Shown here in pieces: positions 27,691 through 40,856 of a stretch of DNA of 64,000 nt (position 1 is its first letter; every line of letters begins with the position of its first letter). The notes below the pieces were generated by a model. It ran no database searches. It saw only the letters and a list, made by a program, of their open reading frames with translations, and was not told where the DNA came from. Position numbers and translations under genes: made by a program. The stretch comes from Eledone cirrhosa (taxonomy: Eukaryota): assembly GCA_964016885.1 (NCBI GenBank), contig OZ024762.1, positions 8,060,001 through 8,124,000 on the forward strand. Reading direction: 5' to 3'.

Positions 27691-28139
27691 TTTCACTGAC
27701 AGAATCACCGAAAGTTGCCTATGAGACAGAATTTATTCATATTAGGAAAAAAAAAAAATTCTAAAAATCTAAGAGGGTCGGGTTTTATCAAATTTTATTG
27801 ATTTCTAATTTAGGCACAAGGCTAGCCATTTGTGAGGAGGGGAAAGTCAATTATATCAACCCCAATAGTTTACTGGTACTTTATTTCATCAACCTCGAAA
27901 GGATTAAAAGTAAAGTTGACCTTGGCAGGATTTGAACTCAGAACATTAAGAATCCTAATCAATAGTACTGCCAAGCAGTTGTCTTTCATTAAATTTTATT
28001 AAAAGTCACCTTACCTTGTGAAACCCATGAATTATTTCCTACAGATTCCACATTGGGGGAAAAACCTCATATAAATGATATATATGTATATGTATGTATA
28101 TATATGTGTATATATGTGTGTGTATGTGTGTGCGTGCGT

Positions 28140-28328
28140 ATCCCAGGTTCAATCGGAGGTAACCACAGTAAGTAAGGTACTCAATACATAGTAGAGTATT
28201 GTTTAATACAGATATGGCTTCTACAGGACTAGAACACTTTCATTCGTGGGAAATCATCAGGAAAGCCCTGGTGATTTCCTTCGAATGAAACAGTTCTAGT
28301 CCTGTAGAATCCATTTCTATATTAAACA
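28140..28328. mobile_element. Penelope-like terminus family P1 with inverted hammerhead pair
   Basis: Palindrome ggcttctacaggactagaac...gttctagtcctgtagaatcc; CTGATGA on minus (28254-28260); microsatellite-flanked. Confidence 0.7.
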
Positions 28329-28819
28329 TATATATATATATATATATATATATAGATAGTCCTATATGAGCGAGACACGGTCACCCGACCAACCTTGCCT
28401 CAAGTGGAACAACTCCTGTCTAACCCATGCTAGCGTGGAAAATGGACGTTTAACGAAGATGATGATGATGATGATGATGACGATGATATATATATATAGA
28501 GAGAGGGGGGGGGACAAAATAGGAACATAACCACATACACTGCTACACAATAGTGACAGAGGAAAAGAAGTGGTATTAAGCAAAGCACAACACCCCACCC
28601 AGCCCCCAGGTGCTAATCAGCTCCCTACTGCTGATATTCACCATAGACCAGTGCCCAACATTGCAGAAATACATATCAGCCCTTAATATATCACAGGTAT
28701 TTATCAACCCCCTCCTATTGATATCACCATAGTTACACTGCTAAATGTTGAGTGAGTTATATTCTAACTGGGTCAAGGATATCACACATACATGTTGTAT
28801 AGTGTTAAATATAGTTGCG

Positions 28820-29075
28820 AGTGTATGTTTGTGTATATGTGTGTATATATTAGTTGTATGTTTGTGTATATGTGTGTATATATTAGTTGTATGTTTGTGT
28901 ATATGTGTGTATATATTAGTTGTATGTTTGTGTATATGTGTGTATATATTAGTTGTATGTTTGTGTATATGTGTGTATATATTAGTTGTATGTTTGTGTA
29001 TATGTGTGTATATACTAGTTGTATGTTTGTGTATATGTGTGTATATATTAGTTGTATGTTTGTGTATATATTAGT
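28820..29075. repeat. 33-bp AT/GT-rich minisatellite
   Basis: Unit tgtatgtttgtgtatatgtgtgtatatattagt, about 7-8 copies. Confidence 0.9.
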
Positions 29076-29165
29076 TGTATATACCTGCATAGTGTTAGTA
29101 ATAGTTGCATATGTATGTTTTTATATATATAGTTATACATACATATTGTATAGTGTTAGACATAG

Positions 29166-29196
<31 letters not shown>

Positions 29197-29199
<3 letters not shown>

Positions 29200-29370
29200 G
29201 GTTCAATTGGGGCTAGCCACAGTAAGTAAGGTACTCAATACATTAGTAGAGTATAAATATCTAATATAAAAAATGGCTTTTACAGGACTAGAACTGTTTC
29301 ATTCGAAGGAAATCATCAGGAAAGCCCTTCGAATGAAACTTCTAGTCTTGTAGAAGCCATTTCTATATTA
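29197..29370. mobile_element. Penelope-like terminus family P1; hammerhead core intact on minus strand (29275-29326)
   Basis: Minus strand reads ggctttc-CTGATGA-tttccttcgaat-GAAA-cag ttctagtc ctg-TA-aaagcc. Confidence 0.72.
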
Positions 29371-29795
29371 TATTTATGGTTATACACACAGGTTGTATGT
29401 GTGAACACACACACACAGGCAGAAGGGGCATGGCTTAGTGGAGGTCCATGGCTTAGTGGATAGGGTATTCGACTCACAATCGAATGTTGTGAGTTCAATC
29501 CCAGCAGTACATTGTGTCCTTGAGCAGGACACTTTATTTCATGTTGCTCCAGTCCACTCAGTTGGCAAAAATGGGTTTGTGCCTGTAATTCAAAAGGCCA
29601 GCCTTGTTACATTCTGTGACTGAATCTCCCTGAGATTATGGGTATGTGTGCCAATTTATATATATATACAGTTATACATACATATTGTAAAGTATTAGAC
29701 ATAGCTGAGTGAGTGTGTATATGTATATGTGTGTGTGTACATGCATACATATATATATATATATGTATGTATATATACATACATAGTTGTTTGAA

Positions 29796-29835
<40 letters not shown>

Positions 29836-29837
29836 CA

Positions 29838-29882
29838 TTCCTGATGATTTCTCACGAATGAAACAGTTCTAGTCCTGTAGAA
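29838..29882 (+). ncRNA. Minimal type I hammerhead ribozyme motif (family P1)
   Basis: ttc-CTGATGA(29841-47)-tttc tcac gaat-GAAA(29860-63)-cag ttctagtc ctg-TA-gaa; GUA triplet; only a 3-bp stem I. Confidence 0.62.
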
Positions 29883-30116
29883 GCTCTTCTATATATATAT
29901 ATAGTTATACATACATGTACAGTGTCAGACAGTTGTGTGTATATATATGTTATACATACATGTTGTGTGTATATATATGTTATACATACATGTTGTATAG
30001 TGTCAGAGAGTTATGTGTGTATATACATACATATACATGCATATTGTATCATGTTTGACATAGTTGTGTGAGTGTATATATATATATATATATATATATA
30101 CATACATATGTGTGTG

Positions 30117-30296
30117 TGTTCACACACAGAACAAGAAAGTGCCACATCAGGCTTTCAAGGTCCAGTTGTGACCATCTCCCCAGAACTATGACCTAATTCT
30201 TCTACTCATTCTGCACCACAGTGCACAATCTGGGGAGATGGCCATAACTGGACCATGAAAATGTCAGGAAGCGCTTTCTTGTTCTGTTTGTGAACA
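30117..30296. other. Unique ~180-nt imperfect inverted repeat (RNA hairpin candidate)
   Basis: 30117-30142 pairs with 30271-30296 and 30159-30184 pairs with 30229-30254; 44-nt loop. Confidence 0.85.
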
Positions 30297-30374
30297 TAAA
30301 TAATATATCAGCTTTCTCATACCTTGATCGAGCACTGGTTTTCTCCTTCCTTTTTCCCATCCAGATATTTTTTG

Positions 30375-30421
<47 letters not shown>

Positions 30422-30514
30422 TATATATAAGGGCCAAAAGAATAGGTAAATATTTAAATTATATTTTTTAATTTATTTTAAAAAATTGGTTGAATTTTGC
30501 TTGTTCTGCTTATC

Positions 30515-30577
<63 letters not shown>

Positions 30578-30617
30578 TTGTTTTCTTATTATATATATGT
30601 GTGTGTGTATATATATG

Positions 30618-30661
<44 letters not shown>

Positions 30662-31229
30662 AATATATATATCATCATTTTATGTCCATTATTCCATGCA
30701 AGTATGGACAAGCATGATGATGAGATATATATTTATATATATATAGTAATAATAATAAATTTGAAGACTAAAATCCAAAGAGGGCTCGATAAGGATAAAT
30801 ATATATCAAATATATAAGAACCGTAGAGCAATTAATCTGTTATTTTAATTAATATATATATATATATATACATATATAGGCACACACATACACATGCATA
30901 TACTCACATTACATACATAACATTAACACACACATTACATACATACATAACACACACACATACATACATACAGGTTTGCTTTCAGCTAGTAATGTGTTCT
31001 GCCTGCAGAAACTAGGGAGAGCTAACTACACAATATCTAAGGAATATATTTCTAGTAGTAGGGTCTTAAACCCTTTTCATATCAACCTGCCTGAAACCGC
31101 CACTGGTTCTAATTTGATACAGAGAACATTTTGATACAAAAACAATCTTAATAAATCTCTCAAAGAATTCTATATTAATAATTATTTGAAATATAGAATA
31201 TTTCATTATTATACATGCATAATATATCA

Positions 31230-31770
31230 TTATAAAGTACCAGTAATGTACTGGGGGTAATTGCTGGCCTTGTGCCAAAAGTAGAAACAATTATTATTAT
31301 TAGGGTGGTATCGGTAGAGCGTCAGACACCATGCTTTGCAGCATAGAGTTATGACCCTTTGTGTTCTGAGTTCAATTCCGCCGAGGTTAACTTTGCCTTT
31401 CATCTTTACTGGGGTCGATAAAATAAAGTACCAGTAATTGCATTGGGGATAATTTGCTGGCCTTGTGCCAAAAGTAGAAACAATTATTATTATTAATAAA
31501 GTACCAGTAATCCACTGGGGTCGATCTAATCGACTTTCCCCTTCCCAAAAATTGCTGGCCTTGAGCCTAAATAGAAACCATTACTATTATTAAAGTAGCA
31601 GTAATCCACTGGGGTCGATCTAATCGACTTTCCCCTTCCCAAAAATTGCTGGCCTTGAGTCTAAATTAAAAATCATTACTATTTTAAAGTAACAGTAATG
31701 CACTGGGGATCGATTTAATCAACTTTCCCAAAAATTGCTGGCCTTGAGCCTAAATCAGAAATCATTATTA
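31230..31770 (+). mobile_element. SINE-A cluster: near-full copy 31302-31490 plus three tandem ~95-bp 3' ends
   Basis: Repeated aaagtaccagtaatccactggggtcgatctaatcgactttcccc...ggccttgagcctaaat. Confidence 0.82.
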
Positions 31771-31972
31771 CTATTATTATAAGGATTCTCCGTCCCCTGG
31801 CTGAACTTCTACCATTTGCTATCCAAACGGTAGAAGCTTAACCGTAGGGAAAAGAACCCTTTTTAATAATAAATAGATATCTACACACTACTTTTCATAG
31901 AGAGTACTAAGTTGAATAATGGTCATAACGGTCTTACTAGTAGTAATAACTGGTAAGATCCCACACACACAC

Positions 31973-32164
31973 GAGTCCCGGGTTTAGTTGGGGGTAACCA
32001 CAATAAGTAAGGAACTCAATACATTAGTAGAGTGTAAACAACAAATTTGATATAGAAATGGGCTTCTACGGGACTAGAACTGTTTCATTCAAACGAAATC
32101 ATCAGGGCTTTCTTGATGATTCCCTTCCAACGAAACAGATCTAGTCCTGTAGAAGCCATTTTTC

Positions 32165-32168
<4 letters not shown>
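31973..32168. mobile_element. Penelope-like terminus family P1 with inverted hammerhead pair
   Basis: CTGATGA on minus (32099-32105) and TTGATGA on plus (32113-32119), each followed by GAAAcag..GTA gaagcc. Confidence 0.7.
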
Positions 32169-32211
<43 letters not shown>

Positions 32212-32483
32212 TGTATGTGTAGTAGTAATGAGAGAGTTAAAATGGGTGTTTTTAAGGCGATCGTTCACCAACCTGATAGAATTCCAATGTGGGAGAACCA
32301 GCAGCAATAGAAATGGAAGGATATTCAGGAATGGAAGCTAGAGTCTCTCGGTATCTCTAATGGAGCCAACACATGGCTGATGACATACAGACAGACACAC
32401 ATGTAACAACACCACCATCTCTATGGTGGCTACTTTCCTTCTATTTAAAGAAGCACATTATTTTACAGACCCAGCACGCTTAA

Positions 32484-32521
<38 letters not shown>

Positions 32522-32840
32522 TTTTTTTTAACACACACATTTTTTTTTTAATAAAGTTTGTTTTGTAAATTGAACAGCTCTATATTTTAACCTCTCTCCC
32601 CAATATTTCCTGTGTGTATAATTATGGTGCCCCCCCCCCCCATCCACATCGCCAACATTCATACGTGTGTCTGTGTGTGTGCGTGCGTGCGTTCTTTTAT
32701 TGGATTCAACAATAAAATAAGTAAATATATAAATATATAGAAACTACTATGTATGTATATAGTATATATATAATGGCTTTTCAAATAAAGACATTTATGT
32801 TCACGTGTATTTGTTATATATATTTATATATGTGTGTGTG

Positions 32841-32870
<30 letters not shown>

Positions 32871-32871
<1 letters not shown>

Positions 32872-33179
32872 ACGAAGGAAGTGTGGTAAGGAACCAGATG
32901 GACCATAACGCACCAGAGTACTCAATACTTAGGGTAGTAGAGTGGAAAATAGGAAAATGTTCAAGACCCCGACGGCAGAACTCAAGCCGTTTCGACGGCT
33001 ATTTCTGGACTCGGAGTCTTGAATATTTTCCTATATATATATGTATGTATGTAAGATGATTTCTTGCGAATGAAACAGTTCTAGTCCCGTAGAAGCCATT
33101 TCTACATTAAATCTTGTATATACTCCACTAATATATTGAGTACTTCACTTACCGTGGTTGTCCCCGATTGAACCCGGGA

Positions 33180-33182
<3 letters not shown>
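32871..33182. mobile_element. Adjacent Penelope-like termini: family P3 (32871-33033) and family P1 (33055-33182)
   Basis: P3 matches 42267-42457; P1 is the reverse complement of 31973-32100; both are embedded in (TA)n. Confidence 0.68.
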
Positions 33183-33227
<45 letters not shown>

Positions 33228-33418
33228 TAAATAAATAATGAACAAACAATTCCTTATATTAAACAAAAAAAGTTCACTATTTAACGATCGTTTCTAGGGT
33301 ATATATGTGCTATAATTGGTATGCATATTTAACAGATCTATGTACAAAATTATACAAAATTATACAAATTATCAAGATTAAATATACATACCTAACTCAT
33401 ATATACGCCGTCTTCAGA

Positions 33419-33551
<133 letters not shown>

Positions 33552-33703
33552 TCACATATATTTATACATATAATTACATACATATTATATGTGTTTGTAT
33601 ATATGTATGTGTGCAAAACATGCTACATGTGTATTATTTACACACATGCCAACTAAACACGTTTGTATGTGTGTGTAAAACACGCTAATGTATTATTTAC
33701 AGA

Positions 33704-33893
33704 GGGCGGTGGATTGGCAGTATCGGTAGAGGGTCGGACGCCATGCTTTCCAGCATAGTTACGTCCCTTTACGATCTGAGTTCAAATCCCGCCGAGGTTG
33801 ACTTTGCCTTTCATCCTTACGGGGTCGATAAAATAAAGTACCAGTAATGTACTGGGTAATTTCTGGCCTTGTGCCAATAGTAGAAACAATTAT
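33704..33893 (+). mobile_element. SINE family A, full length with TSD
   Basis: Direct repeat attatttaca at 33692-33701 and 33889-33898; inserted in a diverged monomer of the 58-bp satellite. Confidence 0.9.
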
Positions 33894-33913
33894 TTACAAA
33901 CGTCAACTACACA

Positions 33914-33952
<39 letters not shown>

Positions 33953-34004
33953 AACACGCTATACATATTTACATACATTTCAACAACACGCGTTTGTGTG
34001 CGTG

Positions 34005-34070
<66 letters not shown>

Positions 34071-34217
34071 ACCTAAGATTAATATGGTTCATTGATTACT
34101 CAATGAATAGAGTTTTACAATAGATTAAAAGCACTCTACAATGAAGTTTTTTTCTGGAGTTATTAATATTATTCAGAATACTAATAAATGAAGACATTCA
34201 CATAATCAAAATATATG

Positions 34218-34280
34218 TTTTATTATATATATTTCGAAGGAACTGGGCTGTTTTTTTCAGTACGTCCTCGTCAGATAAAA
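34218..34280 (-). ncRNA. Minimal hammerhead ribozyme motif (family P2)
   Basis: Minus strand: ttttat-CTGACGA-gga...ttc-GAAA-tatata-TA-ataaaa; perfect 6-bp stem I, palindromic stem III, degenerate stem II. Confidence 0.6.
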
Positions 34281-34294
34281 TATACATCAATTCA

Positions 34295-35457
34295 TGTATG
34301 TATGTGTCTAAAACATGCTCCACGTATTATTTACATGTCAACTACACACGTCTGTATGTATGTGTCTAAAACATGCTACACGTATTATTTACATGTCAAC
34401 TACACACGTCTGTATGTATGTGTCTAAAACATGCTACACGTATTATTTACACGTCAACTACACACCTCAGTATGTATGTGTCTAAAACATGCTACACGTA
34501 TTATTTACACGTCAACTACACACCTCTGTAAGTATGTGTCTAAAACATGCTACATGTATTATTTACACGTCAACTACACACCTCTGTATGTATGTGTCTA
34601 AAACATGCTACACGTATTATTTACATGTCAACTACACACCTCGGTATGTATGTGTCTAAAACATGCTACACGTATTATTTACACGTCAACTACACACCTC
34701 GGTATGTATGTGTCTAAAACATGCTACACGTATTATTTACACGTCAACTACACACCTCAGTATGTATGTGTCTAAAACATGCTACACGTATTATTTACAC
34801 GTCAACTACACACCTCAGTATGTATGTGTCTAAAACATGCTACACGTATTATTTACACGTCAACTACACACGTCTGTATGTATGTGTCTAAAACATGCTA
34901 CACGTATTATTTACACGTCAACTACACACCTCTGTATGTATGTGTCTAAAACATGCTACACGTATTATTTACACGTCAACTACACACGTCTGTATGTATG
35001 TGTCTAAAACATGCTACACGTATTATTTACACGTCAACTACACACCTCTGTATGTATGTGTCTAAAACATGCTACACGTATTATTTACACGTCAACTACA
35101 CACCTCAGTATGTATCTGTCTAAAACATGCTACACGTATTATTTACACGTCAACTACACACCTCTGTATGTATGTGTCTAAAACATGCTACACGTATTAT
35201 TTACATGTCAACTACACACCTCAGTATGTATCTGTCTAAAACATGCTACACGTATTATTTACATGTCAACTACACACCCCTGTATGTATGTGTCTAAAAC
35301 ATGCTACACGTATTATTTACACGTCAACTACACACGTCTGTGTGTATGTGTCTAAAACATGCTACACGTATTATTTACACGTCAACTACACACCTCTGTA
35401 TGTATGTGTCTAAAACATGCTACACGTATTATTTACATGTCAACTACACAGGTCTGT
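34295..35457. repeat. 58-bp minisatellite, about 20 copies
   Basis: Unit tgtatgtatgtgtctaaaacatgctacacgtattatttacacgtcaactacacacctc. Confidence 0.95.
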
Positions 35458-35889
35458 GTATATATATTGATATCGGGATATCGGGTCGCACCAAATTGTC
35501 TTTAAAATGAACGGCAATAATAAAGTCCACGTTGAGAATACATTCATCAGAGCTAAATAAACATTCGTATATATATATATATATACGAGCGAGACACGGT
35601 CATCCGACCAATCTTGTCTCAAGTGGGATAAACCCATTCAACCCATGCAAGTGTGGAAGATGGCCGTTAAATGATAATGATGATGATGATGTGTGTGTGT
35701 ATAGGTATGTATATGTGTAGAAAATCTATAAGATTATCTTCATCAATAATATTATACACCATCAACATGATATACATGGTTGAAAGTTTTTAGATAAATA
35801 TAAATATTTTAAAATAGAACCAGTGGTAGTTAGATATCAAGAGGAATAGGGTTGGAATGGTTTGTTGTCTTTTACATAGCCCCAGTATC

Positions 35890-36590
35890 TAACAGGGAAA
35901 TAGCCCCACCAACAGTAAGATAGTCCCAATAACAGTGAAATAGTCCCAATAACAGTGAAATAGTCCCAATAACAGTGAAATAGCCCCACCAACAGTGAAA
36001 TAGCTCCACCAACAGTGAAATAGCCCCACCAACAGTAAGATAGTCCCAATAACAGTGAAATAGTCCCAATAACAGTGAAATAGCCCCACCAACAGTGAAA
36101 TAGTCCCAATAACAGTGAAATAGTCCCAATAACAGTGAAATAGCCCCACCAACAGTGAAATAGTCCCAATAACAGTGAAATAGCCCCACCAACAGTGAAA
36201 TAGCCCCACCAACAGTGAAATAGTCCCAATAACAGTGAAATAGTCCCAATAACAGTGAAATAGTCCCAATAACAGTGAAATAGTCCCAATAACAGTGAAA
36301 TAGCCTCACCAACAGTGAAATAGTCCCAATAACAGTGAAATAGTCCCAATAACAGTGAAATAGCCCCACCAACAGTGAAATAGTCCCAATAACAGTGAAA
36401 TAGCCCCATCAACAGTGAAATAGCCCCACCAACAGTGAAATAGTCCCAATAACAGTGAAATAGCCCCACCAACAGTGAAATAGCTCCACCAACACTGAAA
36501 TAGTCCCAATAACATTGAAATAGCCCCACCAACAGTGAAATAGCTCTCCACCAACATTGAAATAGTCCCACTAACAATGAAATAGTCACA
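35890..36590. repeat. 20-bp minisatellite with two interspersed variants
   Basis: aacagtgaaatagtcccaat and aacagtgaaatagccccacc, about 35 units. Confidence 0.95.
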
Positions 36591-37928
36591 CCAACGAATT
36601 TTGTTGGATCGCCAGTCTGATGAACAGCTCAATAATGGAGTCTAGTCCATAACTTCTTTGGGTGATCCTGAGCCAATCCCCTGCGAAACGAGTGTAACAA
36701 GTCAATACACAATAAAAAATACTAAATACATGTACACGAAACTTCAGTTTTTCTTAATATATCCACACTGTAAACGTGGTTGGTGTTAGGAAGGGCATCT
36801 AGCCGTAGAAAACCCGCCAGACAGTCCTATACGAGCAAGACAACCAATCTTGCCTCACGTGGGACAATTCCCGTCTAAACCCATGCTAGCGTGGAAGATA
36901 GATGTTAAACGATGATGATGATGATGATGATGATGATACACCCTGCCTGTACATCGGGTGGTTGTTTTAGTACCACCACCAGTAACTCACTGAATCACAT
37001 ACACAGATCTGTCAATAGCCTTTGGGGTGAATAACAGATGTCTTCTCTTGTGAACATTGGTATAGCTTTCATTAAGTAGAATCTTCCCATTTTGCTTCAT
37101 TTCTCCCTGTTTGGGGGCACTCCGTTCAGGTTTTTAGAGGTTGGCAGGTCTGCATACACTACATATATATATTCTCTATTGTTTTCATTTAATGTGTTAT
37201 TAGAGTAGAGGGTATTATCCAAAATATATAGAGAGGGTTTGTCGTGGTTTTGAGGGGTCGACGTAGAAAGGTTCCGTGAAGTTGGGCAAACATTGATCAT
37301 TGCTAGAGATTATGGTGTGTGTGTGTAGTTGTGATTATGTGTGTGTATGTAGTTATGTATGTGTGTATGATGTATGTGTGTATGCGGTTGTGTGTATGCG
37401 GTTGTGTGTACGTATGTAGTTATGTGTGCATATTTATATGCAGTTGTGTGTATATATGTAGTCATGTGTGCGTATGCATATAGTTATGTGTGTGTATGTA
37501 TATAGTTATGTGGATGTGTGTGTAGTCATATTTACAGTAGTTTTCACTACATATGGGGCCGCATTGGATTGTATACATAATAGATAATATATTACTGAAC
37601 TGTATATATATATAATATATATAGTAAATTTGTTGTCTGTATATATAATATAGTATATTACTGAACTGTATATATATAATATATAGTAAATTAGTGGACT
37701 GTATATATAATATAGTATATTACTGAACTGTATATATATAATATATAGTATATTAGTGGACTATATATAATATAATAAATATATTACTGGACTGTATATA
37801 TATAATATATTAGTGGACTGTATATATATATATAGTTGTGTATGATGTATGTGTAGTCAAATTTACAGTAGTTTTCATTACATATGGAGCTACCATATAT
37901 ACATACATACAAATATATATATATATAA

Positions 37929-37994
<66 letters not shown>

Positions 37995-38280
37995 CACAGT
38001 CCACGCTGTAATGTGGCCGTGTAGGTAACACGGTCAAAACCTCCCAGTCCACACTGTAAACGTGGTTGGTGTTAGGAAGGGCATCCAGCCGTAGAAAACC
38101 CGCCAGACAGTCCTGAGCAAGACAACCAATCTTGCCTCAAGTGGGACAATTCCCGTCCAGACCCATGCTAGCGTGGAAAATGGACGTTAAACGATGATGA
38201 TGATGATGATGATGATATATATATATATCATCATCATCATCATCATTTTACGTCCGCTCTTGCCTGCTTGCAAGGGTGGG

Positions 38281-38321
<41 letters not shown>

Positions 38322-38487
38322 AAAGTTTTATTTAAAATTGTTGGGTTACAACAAGTAAATATTTTATAACTGATATAAAGCACTCGACAAGTTTTGGGAG
38401 TAGATATACTACCAAGGCAGCCTCCTAATTTAATGGTCGCTTATATTATGGTACGTCAAAATTATTTATAAAATTATTTATATATTG

Positions 38488-38553
38488 TATTTTATCTGAC
38501 GAAGGCATGCCATATTTTTAATATGGTATCCCTGAAATATGTATAATGAAATA
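38488..38553 (+). ncRNA. Minimal type I hammerhead ribozyme, intact core (family P2)
   Basis: tattttat-CTGACGA(38496-502)-aggcatgccatat..atatggtatccct-GAAA(38534-37)-tatgta-TA-atgaaata; 8-bp stem I, ~13-bp stem II, AUA triplet. Confidence 0.75.
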
Positions 38554-38593
38554 AATATGGTTTTATAAATATAGTTTCCATTTGTTTAATATC

Positions 38594-38655
<62 letters not shown>

Positions 38656-38681
38656 GTAATCTGAGTTTTTCGAATATTAAT

Positions 38682-38866
38682 AATTGTTTCTACTTTTGGC
38701 ACAAGGCCAGCAATTTCCTAGTGTATTACTGGTACTTTATTTTATCGACCCCGTAAGGATGAAAGGCAAAGTTAACCTCGACGGGATTTGAACTCAGAAT
38801 GGCAAGGGCCGTAACTCTATGCGTCAAAGCATGGCGTCCGACCCTCTACCGATACTGCCAATCCAT
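38682..38866 (-). mobile_element. SINE family A
   Basis: Close match to the family consensus. Confidence 0.9.
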
Positions 38867-38921
38867 CGATCACATTTGCTTTATTCAGCCATGTAGAGCG
38901 AAGATTTTCATTTATATATAT

Positions 38922-38961
<40 letters not shown>

Positions 38962-39090
38962 GACAAACCACAACCGAAACACAAACCCTCCATCCCAATT
39001 TCACTTTTAAAAATCATAAGAACTGTGAAACCGGTAAAGTAAATAAATAAATATTCTTAAAAGACTGCAGTTGCATTTTCAATTTCTGTT

Positions 39091-39132
<42 letters not shown>

Positions 39133-39249
39133 TGGACTGAAGAAAAAATAGCCAAGAAAGTTAGTCAAGTTTGAACTGTGAAGTAGGTGTAAAGTTAACC
39201 TGGAGCGGATGTGAAATATTTGGGTCAGATGTGTCATATATGACATGTC

Positions 39250-39925
39250 TTAATACAGAACTATCATAACTGCTCAGTTGTGACAAGTGTTAAATACAGA
39301 ACCATCATAACTGCTCTGAGCTGTAAACATACATGGCTTACATATAAAATCATTATAACTTCTCTCAGTTGTGACGTCATAAAAACAGAACCATCATAAC
39401 TGCTCTCAGTTGTGATATATCTTAAATACATAACCATCATAATTGCTCTCAGTTGTGATATATCTTAAATACAGAACCGTCATAACTGCTCTCAGTTGTG
39501 ATATATTTTAAATACAGAACCGTCATAACTGCTCTCAGTTGCGATATATCTTAAATACAGAACCGTCATAACTGCTCTCAGTTGCGATATATCTTAAATA
39601 CAGAACCGTCATAACTGCTCTCAGTTGCGATATATCTTAAATACAGAACCGTCATAACTGCTCTCAGTTGCGATATATCTTAAATACAGAACCGTCATAA
39701 CTGCTCTCAGTTGCGATATATCTTAAATACAGAACCGTCATAGCTGCTCTCAGTTGTGATATATCTTAAATACAGAACCGTCATAGCTGCTCTCAGTTGT
39801 GATATATCTTAAATACAGAACCGTCATAGCTGCTCTCAGTTGTGATATATCTTAAATACAGAACCGTCATAACTGCTCTCAGTTGTGATATATCTTAAAT
39901 ACAGAACCGTCATAACTGCTCTCAG
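39250..39925. repeat. 43-bp minisatellite, about 15 copies
   Basis: Unit cttaaatacagaaccgtcataactgctctcagttgtgatatat; degenerate at the 5' end. Confidence 0.93.
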
Positions 39926-40197
39926 ATAAATGTTTGTCACCTATAGCAGATAAGACTTACATGTGTAACAGGCAACCTGTGTTTATATAGATATATGTGT
40001 TATATACACTCGTATAGTAAAGATTGTTACAACATACATGTATGTTTATATTACATAGATGTTTATATATATATATATATACACACACACACGTACGCTA
40101 AAGATTGCTGGTGTTGTTGCAATAATGTAAAACATGTATATACATACATATATATTTGTGAGCTATATACACATGTACACTAAATATTACTGCAATA

Positions 40198-40315
<118 letters not shown>

Positions 40316-40824
40316 TATATACATACATGGAATAACGATTGCTGCAGCTGTTGCTGTAATATACAACATGTCTATATAAATATGCTATACACACATACTC
40401 TACAGATTACTGAGGCTTTTATATACATGTATGTATATATAGGTATGTGTAAAATTCTATACAACATGTATAGAATTTATTTACACATGTTATATACAGA
40501 TATACAGTATAGTTGTTACAATGTACAACATACGTGTATATATATAGAGAGATGTTATATACACATGTACGGTATAGTTGTTACAATATACATGTATGTA
40601 TATGTGGATGTTATATACACATGTACTGTACAGTTGCTACAATATACAACAGGCATGTATATATATAGATGTTACATATCACAAACGAGGTTATTGTTGC
40701 CTAAATAGTGTGCATACACACATATATTTATACATACACACACATATATATATATGTACATACACACACATACATGCACACATATACACACATACACGCA
40801 CATATGTGTGTATATATATGTATG

Positions 40825-40856
<32 letters not shown>

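Noticed and set aside
30184-30208. let-7-like sequence on the minus strand in the hairpin loop (tgagtagaagaattaggtcatagtt)
   Set aside because: The seed GAGGTAG is absent, several indels are needed, and it lies in the loop rather than a stem.
34295-35457. Regular arrays (also 35890-36590 and 39250-39925) as CRISPR-like loci
   Set aside because: Head-to-tail units with no unique spacers, no cas genes, and a eukaryotic context.
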